Of a stretch of DNA of 64,000 nucleotides, positions 1-9,937 are shown one piece after another. The position numbers and the translations under genes are program-made. This stretch comes from Escherichia phage vB_Eco_F25. A model generated the notes under the pieces. It did no database searches. It worked only from the letters and a program-made list of their open reading frames with translations, and was not told where the DNA came from. How positions within the stretch are numbered: the first letter of the stretch is position 1; the number at the start of each line of letters is the position of its first letter. Where the stretch lies: sequence record OP870144.1; one strand, written 5' to 3'.

Positions 1-162
1 AAGAAATCTAATAAAGATGAAAGCGCTATTACTGAGAGTATAAATACTCCTGATACTGAAGCAGCCGGACTGAATTTCGTCACTGAAGCTGTAGAAGATA
101 AATCTGCGCAAGGTGCAGAAGATATTGTAAGTGTATATGCGAAAGTCGCATCTCGTTTCTAA
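1..162 (+). CDS. 22: Prohead core scaffold protein gp22, C-terminal fragment (gene begins upstream of window)
   Basis: Open frame from position 1 ending at TAA 160-162 (…DIVSVYAKVASRF*), immediately upstream of gene 23; assignment by synteny with T4. Confidence 0.5.
   Translation, partial: KKSNKDESAITESINTPDTEAAGLNFVTEAVEDKSAQGAEDIVSVYAKVASRF
39..46 (+). promoter_or_regulatory. Late promoter (TATAAATA) for gene 23
   Basis: Exact TATAAATA about 135 nt upstream of the gene 23 ATG, inside the gene 22 3' end. Confidence 0.6.
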
Positions 163-180
163 TTTTAAAGGTTAACACAA

Positions 181-1746
181 ATGACTATCAAAACTAAAGC
201 TGAACTTTTGAACAAATGGAAGCCATTACTGGAAGGTGAAGGTTTACCGGAAATTGCTAATAGCAAACAAGCGATTATCGCTAAAATCTTTGAAAACCAG
301 GAAAAAGATTTCCAGACAGCTCCGGAATATAAAGACGAAAAAATTGCTCAGGCATTCGGTTCTTTCTTAACAGAAGCTGAAATCGGTGGTGACCACGGTT
401 ACAATGCCACCAACATCGCTGCAGGTCAGACTTCTGGCGCAGTAACTCAGATTGGCCCAGCTGTTATGGGTATGGTACGTCGTGCTATTCCTAACCTGAT
501 TGCTTTCGATATTTGCGGTGTTCAGCCGATGAACAGCCCGACTGGCCAGGTATTCGCGCTGCGCGCAGTATATGGTAAAGATCCAATCGCTTCCGGCGCT
601 AAAGAAGCATTCCACCCAATGTATGGTCCAGATGCAATGTTCTCTGGTCAGGGTGCTGCTAAGAAATTCGCTGCTTTGAAAGCAAGTGATACTCTTGAAG
701 TTGGAACTATTTACACCCACTTCTTCCAGGACACTGGTACTGTGTATCTGCAAGCTACAGAAGCTAAACAAATTGATTCAGGCGCATCTGACGCAGCTAA
801 ATTAGATGCTGAAATTAAGAAACAAATGGAAGCAGGTGTACTGGTAGAAATCGCTGAAGGTATGGCTACTTCTATCGCTGAACTCCAGGAAGGTTTTAAC
901 GGTTCTACCGATAACCCATGGAATGAAATGGGCTTCCGTATCGATAAGCAAGTTATCGAAGCTAAATCTCGTCAGCTGAAAGCTGCTTACTCTATTGAAT
1001 TAGCACAAGACCTCCGCGCTGTTCATGGTATGGATGCTGATGCTGAACTGTCTGGTATTCTGGCTACCGAAATTATGCTGGAAATCAACCGCGAAGTTGT
1101 TGATTGGATTAACTACTCCGCTCAGGTTGGTAAATCTGGTATGACCCTGACTCCGGGTTCTAAAGCTGGTGTATTCGACTTCCAGGACCCAATCGATATT
1201 CGTGGTGCTCGCTGGGCGGGTGAATCCTTTAAAGCTCTGTTGTTCCAGATTGACAAAGAAGCAGTTGAAATTGCTCGTCAAACCGGTCGTGGTGAAGGTA
1301 ACTTCATTATCGCTTCCCGTAACGTAGTTAACGTTCTGGCTTCAGTTGATACCGGCATTTCTTATGCTGCACAAGGTCTGGCTACCGGCTTTAACACTGA
1401 TACTACCAAGTCAGTATTTGCTGGTGTTCTGGGTGGTAAATACCGTGTATATATCGACCAGTATGCTAAACAGGATTATTTCACTGTAGGTTATAAAGGT
1501 CCGAACGAAATGGATGCTGGTATTTACTACGCTCCATATGTAGCTCTGACTCCACTGCGTGGTTCTGATCCGAAGAACTTCCAACCGGTAATGGGGTTCA
1601 AAACTCGTTACGGTATCGGTATCAACCCATTTGCAGAATCCGCTGCTCAGGCTCCGGCTTCTCGCATTCAGAGTGGTATGCCTTCTATCCTGAACAGCCT
1701 TGGTAAGAACGCTTACTTCCGCCGTGTATATGTTAAAGGTATCTAA
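181..1746 (+). CDS. 23: Major capsid protein gp23
   Basis: 521-aa ORF whose sequence (MTIKTKAELLNKWKPLLEGEGLPEIANSKQAII…) I recognise as T4 gp23; length matches; followed by terminator hairpin. Confidence 0.97.
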   Translation: MTIKTKAELLNKWKPLLEGEGLPEIANSKQAIIAKIFENQEKDFQTAPEYKDEKIAQAFGSFLTEAEIGGDHGYNATNIAAGQTSGAVTQIGPAVMGMVRRAIPNLIAFDICGVQPMNSPTGQVFALRAVYGKDPIASGAKEAFHPMYGPDAMFSGQGAAKKFAALKASDTLEVGTIYTHFFQDTGTVYLQATEAKQIDSGASDAAKLDAEIKKQMEAGVLVEIAEGMATSIAELQEGFNGSTDNPWNEMGFRIDKQVIEAKSRQLKAAYSIELAQDLRAVHGMDADAELSGILATEIMLEINREVVDWINYSAQVGKSGMTLTPGSKAGVFDFQDPIDIRGARWAGESFKALLFQIDKEAVEIARQTGRGEGNFIIASRNVVNVLASVDTGISYAAQGLATGFNTDTTKSVFAGVLGGKYRVYIDQYAKQDYFTVGYKGPNEMDAGIYYAPYVALTPLRGSDPKNFQPVMGFKTRYGIGINPFAESAAQAPASRIQSGMPSILNSLGKNAYFRRVYVKGI

Positions 1747-1761
1747 TCTTTGACGATTTAA

Positions 1762-1790
1762 GGGACCTTCGGGTCCCTTTAGTTGTTTTT
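1762..1790 (+). terminator. Rho-independent terminator after gene 23
   Basis: Hairpin GGGACC-TTCG-GGTCCC followed by a T-rich run. Confidence 0.7.
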
Positions 1791-1794
1791 ATGG

Positions 1795-1802
1795 TATAAA
1801 TA
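1795..1802 (+). promoter_or_regulatory. Late promoter (TATAAATA) for gene 24
   Basis: Exact TATAAATA 28 nt upstream of the gene 24 ATG, after the gene 23 terminator hairpin. Confidence 0.65.
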
Positions 1803-1829
1803 AATCATATAAACTGAAAGGAAAGCGCA

Positions 1830-3113
1830 ATGGCTAAAATCAACGAACTTCTGCGCGAATCAACCACAACGAATAGCAACTCAATCGGTCGCCCAAATCT
1901 CGTTGCTTTGACTCGCGCTACCACTAAATTAATATATTCTGACATTGTAGCAACGCAAAGAACTAATCAACCTGTTGCTGCTTTTTATGGTATCAAATAC
2001 CTTAACCCAGACAACGAATTTACATTTAAAACTGGTGCTACTTATGCTGGCGAAGCTGGATATGTAGACCGAGAAAAAATCACAGAATTAACAGAAGAGT
2101 CTAAATTAACTCTCAATAAAGGCGATTTATTCAAATATAATAATATCGTTTATAAAGTATTAGAAGATACACCATTTGCTGATATTGAAGAAAGTGATTT
2201 AGAATTAGCTCTTCAGATTGCAATTGTTCTTTTAAAGGTTCGTCTATTTTCTGACGCAGCGTCAACAAGCAAATTTGAAAGCTCTGATAGTGAAATTGCG
2301 GATGCTAGATTCCAGATTAATAAATGGCAAACCGCAGTTAAATCTCGTAAACTTAAAACTGGTATCACGGTTGAATTAGCACAAGATTTAGAAGCAAATG
2401 GATTCGATGCTCCTAATTTCTTAGAAGATTTGCTTGCAACTGAAATGGCAGATGAAATCAATAAAGATATTCTGCAGTCTTTGATTACAGTATCAAAACG
2501 TTATAAAGTTACAGGAATTACTGATACTGGATTCATTGATTTGAGTTATGCATCTGCACCTGAAGCTGGTCGTTCATTATACCGAATGGTATGTGAAATG
2601 GTTTCGCATATCCAAAAAGAATCAACTTATACAGCAACGTTCTGTGTTGCTTCAGCTCGTGCCGCTGCGATTCTTGCTGCATCTGGTTGGTTAAAACATA
2701 AACCAGAAGATGATAAATATCTTTCACAAAATGCCTACGGGTTCTTAGCTAATGGTTTACCGCTTTATTGCGATACTAATAGCCCATTAGATTATGTAAT
2801 CGTTGGCGTAGTAGAAAATATCGGTGAAAAAGAAATTGTTGGATCAATTTTCTATGCTCCGTATACAGAAGGTCTCGACTTAGATGACCCTGAACATGTA
2901 GGTGCATTTAAAGTTGTGGTTGATCCAGAAAGCTTACAACCGTCTATCGGTTTATTAGTTAGATATGCTTTATCTGCAAATCCTTACACCGTAGCAAAAG
3001 ATGAAAAAGAAGCAAGAGTAATTGATGGTGGAGACATGGATAAAATGGCGGGTCGTTCAGATTTGTCTGTTTTATTAGGTGTTAAGCTACCGAAAATTAT
3101 CATTGATGAATAA
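1830..3113 (+). CDS. 24: Capsid vertex protein gp24
   Basis: 427-aa ORF directly after gene 23 with its own TATAAATA late promoter; gp23 paralogue position; length matches T4 gp24. Confidence 0.93.
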   Translation: MAKINELLRESTTTNSNSIGRPNLVALTRATTKLIYSDIVATQRTNQPVAAFYGIKYLNPDNEFTFKTGATYAGEAGYVDREKITELTEESKLTLNKGDLFKYNNIVYKVLEDTPFADIEESDLELALQIAIVLLKVRLFSDAASTSKFESSDSEIADARFQINKWQTAVKSRKLKTGITVELAQDLEANGFDAPNFLEDLLATEMADEINKDILQSLITVSKRYKVTGITDTGFIDLSYASAPEAGRSLYRMVCEMVSHIQKESTYTATFCVASARAAAILAASGWLKHKPEDDKYLSQNAYGFLANGLPLYCDTNSPLDYVIVGVVENIGEKEIVGSIFYAPYTEGLDLDDPEHVGAFKVVVDPESLQPSIGLLVRYALSANPYTVAKDEKEARVIDGGDMDKMAGRSDLSVLLGVKLPKIIIDE

Positions 3114-3118
3114 AACAA

Positions 3119-3142
3119 AGGGACCGAAAGGTCCCTTTTTAT
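3119..3142. terminator. Bidirectional terminator between gene 24 (+) and rnlB (-)
   Basis: Hairpin AGGGACC-GAAA-GGTCCCT flanked by A-run and T-run, between convergent genes. Confidence 0.7.
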
Positions 3143-4147
3143 TTAGCTCACCAACTCAATCCAAGCCGGACGAAGTACATCTTGTACCATTTTAACTAAT
3201 TCCTTTTTAACCAAAGAAGGATTATCCGCTTGAGTTAGAGTAATACCTTCACGAGAAGTTTCTTCCAAAATATCTTGAACAGTTAATCCCATCACCTTTC
3301 CAAAATCTTTTGGACCAATTTCGCCAATTTTGGAAATAACGTTATTTACTCGGTTCAATGTAACATAACAAGCTAAAATTCCAACCAATTTATTATCAGC
3401 TTCTGACAATTCAACTTTAGCTTTAATAGGCTTATCAGACTTTTTCTTTTCACTAAATTTAGAGTTCTTGCATTTAATCGCTACGCGATTGCCATTAGGC
3501 ATCCAAGAAGGATAGCAAGGTTTCAATACATATCCTTCAGCAGTAAATACTTCGCCTTTTGCTTCGGCATTCCAGACGCATTTATTTGCATCAACTAATC
3601 CAGCATGGTCTACTGTAAAATTATAATCTTGGACGACAGAATCTAAATCATTTGGCAATTTAATAAGCTCTTCAAATTTACCGCGACCTAAAAGTGGAGC
3701 CATTTTAAATTTAAATGTATTACAGAATGATTCCATCATATAATCATCGACATAAGTCACATCACCGCTTTCGGTAGTAACAATAATGTCAAATACATAA
3801 AAATCTTTATCGCCATAATCGACATTCTTCTGAATGCCAGGTCCAGCGAATTCGCCAAAAACTTGATAAGATACAACTGCTGAAGTTTCCATAATATCTT
3901 GTACTGCTTTAATGGAATCAGTGTAATTCTTTAGAATAATTTCATACCCAAAGAAATCTTCAGCAGGAAGAATAGGACCAGTACGTTTAGCACAAGTTGC
4001 TTTATCGCGCTCAATAATCAACGAGAAATTTGTACCATGAATCTTTTCACGAGCTACCCATTCGCCGCCAGTCAATCCTAAACTGTAAAGTTTTTCAATG
4101 AATTTAGAATTGTAATGATTTTCAAGACTGCTATACTTTTTAAACAT
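3143..4147 (-). CDS. rnlB: RNA ligase 2 (Rnl2)
   Basis: 334-aa ORF; N-terminus [43 protein letters not shown] contains the ligase KxHGxN nucleotidyl-transfer motif; T4 position between 24 and hoc. Confidence 0.9.
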   Translation of the reverse strand: MFKKYSSLENHYNSKFIEKLYSLGLTGGEWVAREKIHGTNFSLIIERDKATCAKRTGPILPAEDFFGYEIILKNYTDSIKAVQDIMETSAVVSYQVFGEFAGPGIQKNVDYGDKDFYVFDIIVTTESGDVTYVDDYMMESFCNTFKFKMAPLLGRGKFEELIKLPNDLDSVVQDYNFTVDHAGLVDANKCVWNAEAKGEVFTAEGYVLKPCYPSWMPNGNRVAIKCKNSKFSEKKKSDKPIKAKVELSEADNKLVGILACYVTLNRVNNVISKIGEIGPKDFGKVMGLTVQDILEETSREGITLTQADNPSLVKKELVKMVQDVLRPAWIELVS

Positions 4148-4156
4148 AATTAATCC

Positions 4157-4435
4157 TCAGAATGTAATTTCTAACCAATCACCATCACGCTGGTCACTAT
4201 TGACTTTAAAGCTAAATCCTTCTTTTCTCAGCCAATCACCAATTTCTTCAGTAATCAATTTATCACGAGCAGTACAATAATAACTAAAATATGTTTTACC
4301 TTGTTCAGCTGCTTTATTAGCAAGTTCCGAAAAATCTTTAATAAAACACTCTAGCTTAAACTGTTTGCTTTTAAGTGCTTTTTCGCGTAATTGATTAGCA
4401 AAAGATTCATTTTCATAAAGATCATACTGTTCCAT
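4157..4435 (-). CDS. Hypothetical protein (positional equivalent of T4 24.2)
   Basis: 92-aa ORF, tightly packed and co-oriented with rnlB. Confidence 0.55.
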   Translation of the reverse strand: MEQYDLYENESFANQLREKALKSKQFKLECFIKDFSELANKAAEQGKTYFSYYCTARDKLITEEIGDWLRKEGFSFKVNSDQRDGDWLEITF

Positions 4436-4637
4436 TTTTCACCTTTTTATTAATATGTCTTTTTCTATAGACAACTTTTTCTCGAGTCTCAAATTTATTC
4501 TTAGCAGTCATAGCTCGAGCCCATAATACAGCTACTTCCTTTGCCTGTAAGTTCAATTCACGAGCAATTTCAATGAATGACTTTCCAGACTCATGGAGTG
4601 TAAACACCACAACCTCAGTTCTCATAATCAATCTCAT
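4422..4637 (-). CDS. Hypothetical protein (positional equivalent of T4 24.3)
   Basis: 71-aa ORF overlapping downstream ORF by 14 nt; co-oriented early-gene block. Confidence 0.5.
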   Translation of the reverse strand: MRLIMRTEVVVFTLHESGKSFIEIARELNLQAKEVAVLWARAMTAKNKFETREKVVYRKRHINKKVKNGTV

Positions 4638-4725
4638 GTTATCGAGTTGGTGCCATTATATACATCGTTTTCTGATTGCGTTTTGTGTGCTTTCAAAATG
4701 AAGAAAGGGGCCGAAGCCCCTGAGA

Positions 4726-5856
4726 TTATGGATAGGTATAGATGATACCAGTTTCTAAAGCAGTTTTATGAATGATGTATCCATTACGCGATTCTTGAAC
4801 ATCAACTTCTGGATAGTCTTTCATCATCTTCTGAAGAGTGTAACGATGCAGATAGTATTTACTGTCTGGATCTTCAGTTTTCCAATCTTTACCTTCTTCA
4901 GTCATTTTTTGGATTTCATCCATAACCCACCAACCGCACCAGATATAAGCTGAGCTACGATGTGGAAGAGGATGAACATAAGGTAATTCACCTTCTGGTT
5001 CCGGAGCAACTTTATCAGTTACCTGAACTTGACCTTCTGCTGTAATAGTTTTGCTATCATAATCAGTGGCAGTAACAGTTGCAGTAACTTCAATAGTTTG
5101 ACTTCCAATAGATGATGTATCAACGGTGTATACATTAGTTGACCCTTCTACAGGAGAAGAATCTTTCTTCCATGAATACGTAATTTGCGCTTCTTCCGGA
5201 GCATCAGTAACATTAGCAGTAAATGTAGCCGAAGCATCTTGCTGAACATTAATAGAAGGAGGAGTCAATGTAACCTGTGGATTCATTGTCTTCTTATTAA
5301 CTGTCAATGATACTTCATTAGAAGTAACTTCTTTTGCATCATAATCTGCCGCGGTTACTTGAGCTACGCATTTAATTCTTTTTACTCCACTTGTAGTTGG
5401 AGTGTAATTGAATGTAGCACTAGTTGCTTCGCCCACAGGAGAACCGTCAACGTACCATTGATATGTAGCAGTTGCGCCCGATGGCTGCGAAGCTAAAGCA
5501 GCAGTAAATTCAACAGCTGTTCCAATTACTCCTTCTGGAGGACTATTAGGAGTTACAGCTAAAGTAGTTGTCTGTGTCTTATTTTGAACTGTGATAGTTG
5601 TAGTAGCTTCTGCTGTTTCAGCATCAGTATCTGGAACTGGGTTTGTTGCAACTACTTTAATAGTTTTTTGACCGGCAGGTCCTTTTAATACATAACTAAA
5701 AGTTGCAGATGTTTCTTCCTGTGGAACATCATCTACAGTCCAAGCATATGTAATAGGTCCATCTCCAGTTTGACCACTGGGTGTAGCAGTAAACTGCTGA
5801 GTCTGATCTATAACTCCAGTAGGTGTTTTAGGAGTTATATCAACTGTAAAAGCCAT
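4726..5856 (-). CDS. hoc: Highly immunogenic outer capsid protein Hoc
   Basis: 376-aa ORF (T4 Hoc length); Thr/Val-rich tandem Ig-like domains followed by a Trp-rich C-terminal capsid-binding segment; position between 24.3 and inh. Confidence 0.88.
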   Translation of the reverse strand: MAFTVDITPKTPTGVIDQTQQFTATPSGQTGDGPITYAWTVDDVPQEETSATFSYVLKGPAGQKTIKVVATNPVPDTDAETAEATTTITVQNKTQTTTLAVTPNSPPEGVIGTAVEFTAALASQPSGATATYQWYVDGSPVGEATSATFNYTPTTSGVKRIKCVAQVTAADYDAKEVTSNEVSLTVNKKTMNPQVTLTPPSINVQQDASATFTANVTDAPEEAQITYSWKKDSSPVEGSTNVYTVDTSSIGSQTIEVTATVTATDYDSKTITAEGQVQVTDKVAPEPEGELPYVHPLPHRSSAYIWCGWWVMDEIQKMTEEGKDWKTEDPDSKYYLHRYTLQKMMKDYPEVDVQESRNGYIIHKTALETGIIYTYP

Positions 5857-5865
5857 AAGTTATCC

Positions 5866-6546
5866 TTATTTTAATGTTACGAAAGAAGAGTTGCGTGTTT
5901 CACGAATTAAAACTGATCCGTCACGGTTAATGTAGTAAATTAAGCTAAATAAAGTTTGGTGTGCCGACGCATGCTCAAAACTTGTTGGGTGAGATTTCCA
6001 ATCAGGAGTTTCAGCAATCCATTGATAAATCCACCAAGGAACAGTGCAGAATCCTGGATTTTTTCCAATCAGCTGAAGATTCGGACTAAAGTTTTCCGGA
6101 AGAGTAAATACAGACGGCTTTTCAGATTCAATAATCTCAGCTACAGCTTGTTCAAATTTTTCTTCAACAAAAGGAGTATCTTCAATCAAAACATCGGTAT
6201 TTTCGGGAATTTTATCCGTTTCTACTACTTCAATTTTAATATCAGATTTAACCGGAGAATCAATCAGAAGTGCTGCTTCTGGATTGACTTCTTCATCGTC
6301 ATATTTTAATCCCTCTGCAGCATCAGCAGCATCAATTAAGTCTTTAATAGATAACCCATCAGTTTCTGGCATAGGTTCACTAGCGAGCTTCTGGAGGGCT
6401 TCTTCAATATCAGCAACGATATTATCAAAAGATTTATTCTTTTTGACCTTTATACCAAACTGTTCAGCGTATTCAGCTAATTTAGCTTTAGCTTCTTTAT
6501 TATCATCAAGAGCCTTCAGCTCTGCAATATAATCTTTATCTATCAT
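5866..6546 (-). CDS. inh: Inhibitor of prohead protease (Inh)
   Basis: 226-aa acidic ORF immediately upstream of hoc on the same strand; T4 synteny. Confidence 0.75.
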   Translation of the reverse strand: MIDKDYIAELKALDDNKEAKAKLAEYAEQFGIKVKKNKSFDNIVADIEEALQKLASEPMPETDGLSIKDLIDAADAAEGLKYDDEEVNPEAALLIDSPVKSDIKIEVVETDKIPENTDVLIEDTPFVEEKFEQAVAEIIESEKPSVFTLPENFSPNLQLIGKNPGFCTVPWWIYQWIAETPDWKSHPTSFEHASAHQTLFSLIYYINRDGSVLIRETRNSSFVTLK

Positions 6547-6559
6547 AATATTTCCTCAG

Positions 6560-6567
6560 TATAAATA
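6560..6567 (+). promoter_or_regulatory. Candidate late promoter upstream of segE
   Basis: TATAAATA 29 nt upstream of the segE ATG. Confidence 0.4.
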
Positions 6568-6595
6568 TAGATATATTTATTACTCGGAAAATAGT

Positions 6596-7213
6596 ATGTA
6601 CCACTTTGTATATGAAACAACAAATCTAATAAATGGTAAAAAGTATATAGGAAAACACTCTACTGATGACTTGAATGATGGTTACCTTGGTTCCGGTAAG
6701 GCAATTCAGCAGGCTATAAAGAAATATGGTGAAAACAATTTCTCTAGAACAATACTAAAAGAGTTTAAAACTTCCGAAGAAGCGTACATGTATGAAGAAG
6801 AAATTATAACTCCTGAAATAATAAAAAGCAAAAATTATTATAATATGAAACCTGGTGGAATTGGTGGAATTGTTATGACTACAGAGGTTATAGCAAAGAT
6901 GAAAGAATCTTCCGCTAAGAGATTTGAAAACTCACCGGGCACGGTATTAGGTACAACTTGTTACACTAATGGAACTAAAAATATTTTTATTAAACCTGGA
7001 GAACTTGTTCCAGAAGGATTTGTAAAAGGGATGGTTCATCCTAATAGAAAGTCCAGAAAAGGATGTAAAGTCAAACCGACTACCACAGGAACTTTTTGGG
7101 TCAATAATGGCGTAATAAATAAATTAATACAACCAGACGGTATTATTCCCGACGGATTTATTAAAGGTCGTCTCATGAAAAGAGATTCTAAAGGCAAATT
7201 TAGTAAGGCATAA
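6596..7213 (+). CDS. segE: GIY-YIG homing endonuclease SegE
   Basis: 205-aa ORF with N-terminal GIY-YIG-type motif (HFVYETTNLINGKKYIGKH); located between inh and uvsW as in T4. Confidence 0.8.
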   Translation: MYHFVYETTNLINGKKYIGKHSTDDLNDGYLGSGKAIQQAIKKYGENNFSRTILKEFKTSEEAYMYEEEIITPEIIKSKNYYNMKPGGIGGIVMTTEVIAKMKESSAKRFENSPGTVLGTTCYTNGTKNIFIKPGELVPEGFVKGMVHPNRKSRKGCKVKPTTTGTFWVNNGVINKLIQPDGIIPDGFIKGRLMKRDSKGKFSKA

Positions 7214-7215
7214 TT

Positions 7216-8724
7216 ATGGATATTAAAGTACATTTTCACGACTTCAGTCATGTACGCATCGATTGTGAAGAGAGCACGTTCCACGAATTAAGAGATTTCT
7301 TTTCGTTTGAGGCCGATGGATATAGATTTAACCCTCGCTTCAGATATGGCAACTGGGATGGAAGAATCCGTCTTTTAGATTATAATCGTCTTCTTCCATT
7401 CGGCTTAGTCGGGCAAATTAAAAAGTTCTGTGATAACTTTGGCTATAAAGCCTGGATTGACCCACAAATTAACGAAAAAGAAGAATTATCAAGAAAAGAT
7501 TTTGATGAATGGCTTTCTAAATTAGAAATCTATTCAGGAAATAAAAGAATTGAACCACACTGGTATCAAAAAGATGCAGTGTTCGAAGGATTAGTTAATC
7601 GTCGTAGAATTCTTAATCTTCCAACATCCGCCGGTAAATCATTAATTCAAGCTTTGCTTGCGCGATATTATTTGGAAAATTATGAAGGTAAAATTCTTAT
7701 CATTGTTCCAACAACTGCCTTAACAACTCAGATGGCTGATGACTTTGTTGACTATCGTTTATTCAGTCATGCAATGATAAAGAAAATTGGTGGCGGAGCA
7801 TCAAAAGATGATAAATATAAAAATGATGCACCAGTCGTTGTTGGTACATGGCAAACTGTAGTAAAACAACCAAAAGAATGGTTCTCACAGTTTGGAATGA
7901 TGATGAATGATGAATGCCATCTTGCTACAGGAAAAAGTATTTCATCTATCATATCAGGTTTAAATAACTGTATGTTTAAATTTGGTTTGTCTGGTTCATT
8001 ACGTGACGGCAAAGCCAATATCATGCAGTATGTTGGAATGTTTGGTGAAATATTTAAGCCAGTAACGACCTCTAAATTAATGGAAGATGGACAAGTAACT
8101 GAGTTAAAAATTAATAGTATTTTTCTTCGCTATCCCGATGAGTTCACTACTAAATTAAAGGGAAAAACTTACCAAGAAGAAATAAAAATTATTACTGGGC
8201 TCAGTAAAAGAAATAAATGGATCGCTAAATTAGCTATTAAGCTTGCACAAAAAGATGAAAACGCTTTTGTCATGTTTAAACATGTATCGCATGGTAAAGC
8301 TATTTTCGATTTAATTAAAAATGAATACGATAAAGTTTATTACGTATCAGGGGAAGTTGATACCGAAACCCGCAATATAATGAAAACCTTAGCTGAAAAT
8401 GGTAAAGGAATAATTATAGTAGCTAGTTATGGTGTATTTTCTACTGGTATTTCAGTTAAAAATCTACATCACGTTGTTTTAGCGCACGGTGTTAAATCAA
8501 AAATCATTGTATTACAAACAATCGGTCGTGTATTACGTAAGCATGGTTCTAAGACAATAGCAACAGTCTGGGATCTTATAGATGACGCGGGCGTTAAGCC
8601 AAAATCTGCTAATACGAAAAAGAAATATGTTCATTTGAACTATCTTTTAAAACACGGCATTGATCGTATTCAGCGCTACGCAGATGAAAAATTTAATTAC
8701 GTAATGAAAACAGTTAATTTATAA
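7216..8724 (+). CDS. uvsW: UvsW DNA/RNA helicase
   Basis: 502-aa ORF; recognised sequence MDIKVHFHDFSHVRIDCEESTFHELRDFF…; SF2 helicase motifs (PTSAGKS Walker A, DECH box). Confidence 0.95.
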   Translation: MDIKVHFHDFSHVRIDCEESTFHELRDFFSFEADGYRFNPRFRYGNWDGRIRLLDYNRLLPFGLVGQIKKFCDNFGYKAWIDPQINEKEELSRKDFDEWLSKLEIYSGNKRIEPHWYQKDAVFEGLVNRRRILNLPTSAGKSLIQALLARYYLENYEGKILIIVPTTALTTQMADDFVDYRLFSHAMIKKIGGGASKDDKYKNDAPVVVGTWQTVVKQPKEWFSQFGMMMNDECHLATGKSISSIISGLNNCMFKFGLSGSLRDGKANIMQYVGMFGEIFKPVTTSKLMEDGQVTELKINSIFLRYPDEFTTKLKGKTYQEEIKIITGLSKRNKWIAKLAIKLAQKDENAFVMFKHVSHGKAIFDLIKNEYDKVYYVSGEVDTETRNIMKTLAENGKGIIIVASYGVFSTGISVKNLHHVVLAHGVKSKIIVLQTIGRVLRKHGSKTIATVWDLIDDAGVKPKSANTKKKYVHLNYLLKHGIDRIQRYADEKFNYVMKTVNL

Positions 8725-8749
8725 GGGCTTCGGCCCTTTGGAGAAAAAG

Positions 8750-8980
8750 ATGTTACTAGGATTTAAACAATTTCTTTATGAAGCTTCTATTGATGAATTT
8801 ATGGGTAAAATTGCCTCTTGTCAAACATTAGAAGGTTTAGAAGAACTTGAAGCTTATTATAAGAAAAGAGTCAAAGAAACTGAATTAAAAGATACTGATG
8901 ACATCTCTGTAAGAGATGCTTTGGCAGGAAAAAGAGCTGAATTAGAAGATTCAGACGATGAAGTAGAAGAAAGCTTTTAA
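8750..8980 (+). CDS. uvsW.1: UvsW.1 small acidic protein
   Basis: 76-aa ORF from ATG 8750 with GGAG RBS 6 nt upstream; the track ORF starts earlier at a TTG codon (8738). Confidence 0.7.
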   Translation: MLLGFKQFLYEASIDEFMGKIASCQTLEGLEELEAYYKKRVKETELKDTDDISVRDALAGKRAELEDSDDEVEESF

Positions 8981-9035
8981 ATTAAAAAAGGCCCAACCAA
9001 AAAGGAAGGGCCAAAACTATAGACTAAAGGTCACA

Positions 9036-9203
9036 CTATAGCAAAAGTTGTGTTTCATTTAATTGTTCTTCCGAACTTTCTGAAACTGGTAGTTCTTTAA
9101 TGTAATTATAGCAAGGCCCAGGATGTACAGGACCTTTGTCTGTTTCAACAACCAATGCAGAATCGATTGGAGTTTTACAGACAACACAAATCTTATCTGA
9201 CAT
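9036..9203 (-). CDS. Small Cys-containing protein (positional equivalent of T4 uvsY.-2)
   Basis: 55-aa ORF found by manual translation (MSDKICVVCKTPIDSALVVETDKGPVHPGPCYNY…); GAGGAG RBS; below track length cutoff. Confidence 0.45.
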   Translation of the reverse strand: MSDKICVVCKTPIDSALVVETDKGPVHPGPCYNYIKELPVSESSEEQLNETQLLL

Positions 9204-9231
9204 GATTGTCTCCTCTGAATTATATATCTAT

Positions 9232-9456
9232 TTATACAACTCTCATATGCATATCAATGCCCATATCTTTAGAATAAAAATATTCATCAAGATATCCGGC
9301 AAATTTTCCTTTAATATAAAGGACATCTTCACCACACGGGTGGTCGGCCAGGATACGAATATCCTGACGCTTAAGATTATGCTTTTTCATTAAGAATTGA
9401 ATTTCCGTTTCAAATTCTTCTTCATAATTAAAAGCATCATCAATGCTATATCTCAT
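9232..9456 (-). CDS. Hypothetical protein (positional equivalent of T4 uvsY.-1)
   Basis: 74-aa ORF directly downstream of uvsY with 1-nt overlap. Confidence 0.6.
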   Translation of the reverse strand: MRYSIDDAFNYEEEFETEIQFLMKKHNLKRQDIRILADHPCGEDVLYIKGKFAGYLDEYFYSKDMGIDMHMRVV

Positions 9457-9869
9457 TATTTTCCAGCCTCAAATGCTCGCATGTCTTGAATATGCTTAAT
9501 AGCAAATCCACGTGATTTAATAGCATCAAGAGCTCCGCTACAGAAATCCAATAAAATCCCCCAATATTGTAACGAGGTATCAACCTTTAAAACATCCTTA
9601 TCAGCTGATAGAACTGTTTTCATTTCTGATTTCTCGTAACGATCCATACTAAATTCATCACCATCTCCTCGTCCCGAGTAGTAGTCTAATCTAGCTTTAA
9701 GAGCAACTTTTTTCTGTGCGTCAATTCTAAGCATTTCCTTTTTAATACTTGAATGCTTATTAAGCCATTTACTATATAACATCACATTATTAGCTGCTTC
9801 ATACTGTAATTTAGTCGAATCTATAAACACATCTTTCTTCAATTCTTCTTGAAGATCTTCTAATCTCAT
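9456..9869 (-). CDS. uvsY: UvsY recombination mediator protein
   Basis: 137-aa ORF; sequence MRLEDLQEELKKDVFIDSTKLQYEAANNVMLYSKWLNKH… recognised as T4 UvsY; MotA-type middle promoter upstream. Confidence 0.95.
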   Translation of the reverse strand: MRLEDLQEELKKDVFIDSTKLQYEAANNVMLYSKWLNKHSSIKKEMLRIDAQKKVALKARLDYYSGRGDGDEFSMDRYEKSEMKTVLSADKDVLKVDTSLQYWGILLDFCSGALDAIKSRGFAIKHIQDMRAFEAGK

Positions 9870-9909
9870 ATTGTTCTCTATTCAATTGTTATTGGATGGA
9901 CTTAGATTC

Positions 9910-9937
9910 ATTATACCACGTTTTAACGTGAAGCATT
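9910..9937 (-). promoter_or_regulatory. MotA-dependent middle promoter for uvsY
   Basis: Minus strand reads aTGCTTCA-13 nt-TATAAT just upstream of the uvsY ATG. Confidence 0.5.

Noticed and set aside
367-1281. Two minus-strand track ORFs (134 aa and 93 aa) inside gene 23
   Set aside because: They lie antisense within the unambiguous major capsid gene, with no start signals and low-complexity products; frame-shadow artefacts
5956-6532. Plus-strand track ORFs (117 aa and 82 aa) overlapping inh
   Set aside because: Antisense to the inh coding frame; Phe/Asn/Ile-rich composition typical of AT-rich antisense frames
9136-9393. 85-aa plus-strand track ORF
   Set aside because: Antisense to the uvsY.-1/uvsY.-2-position ORFs; opposes the transcription direction of the surrounding early block
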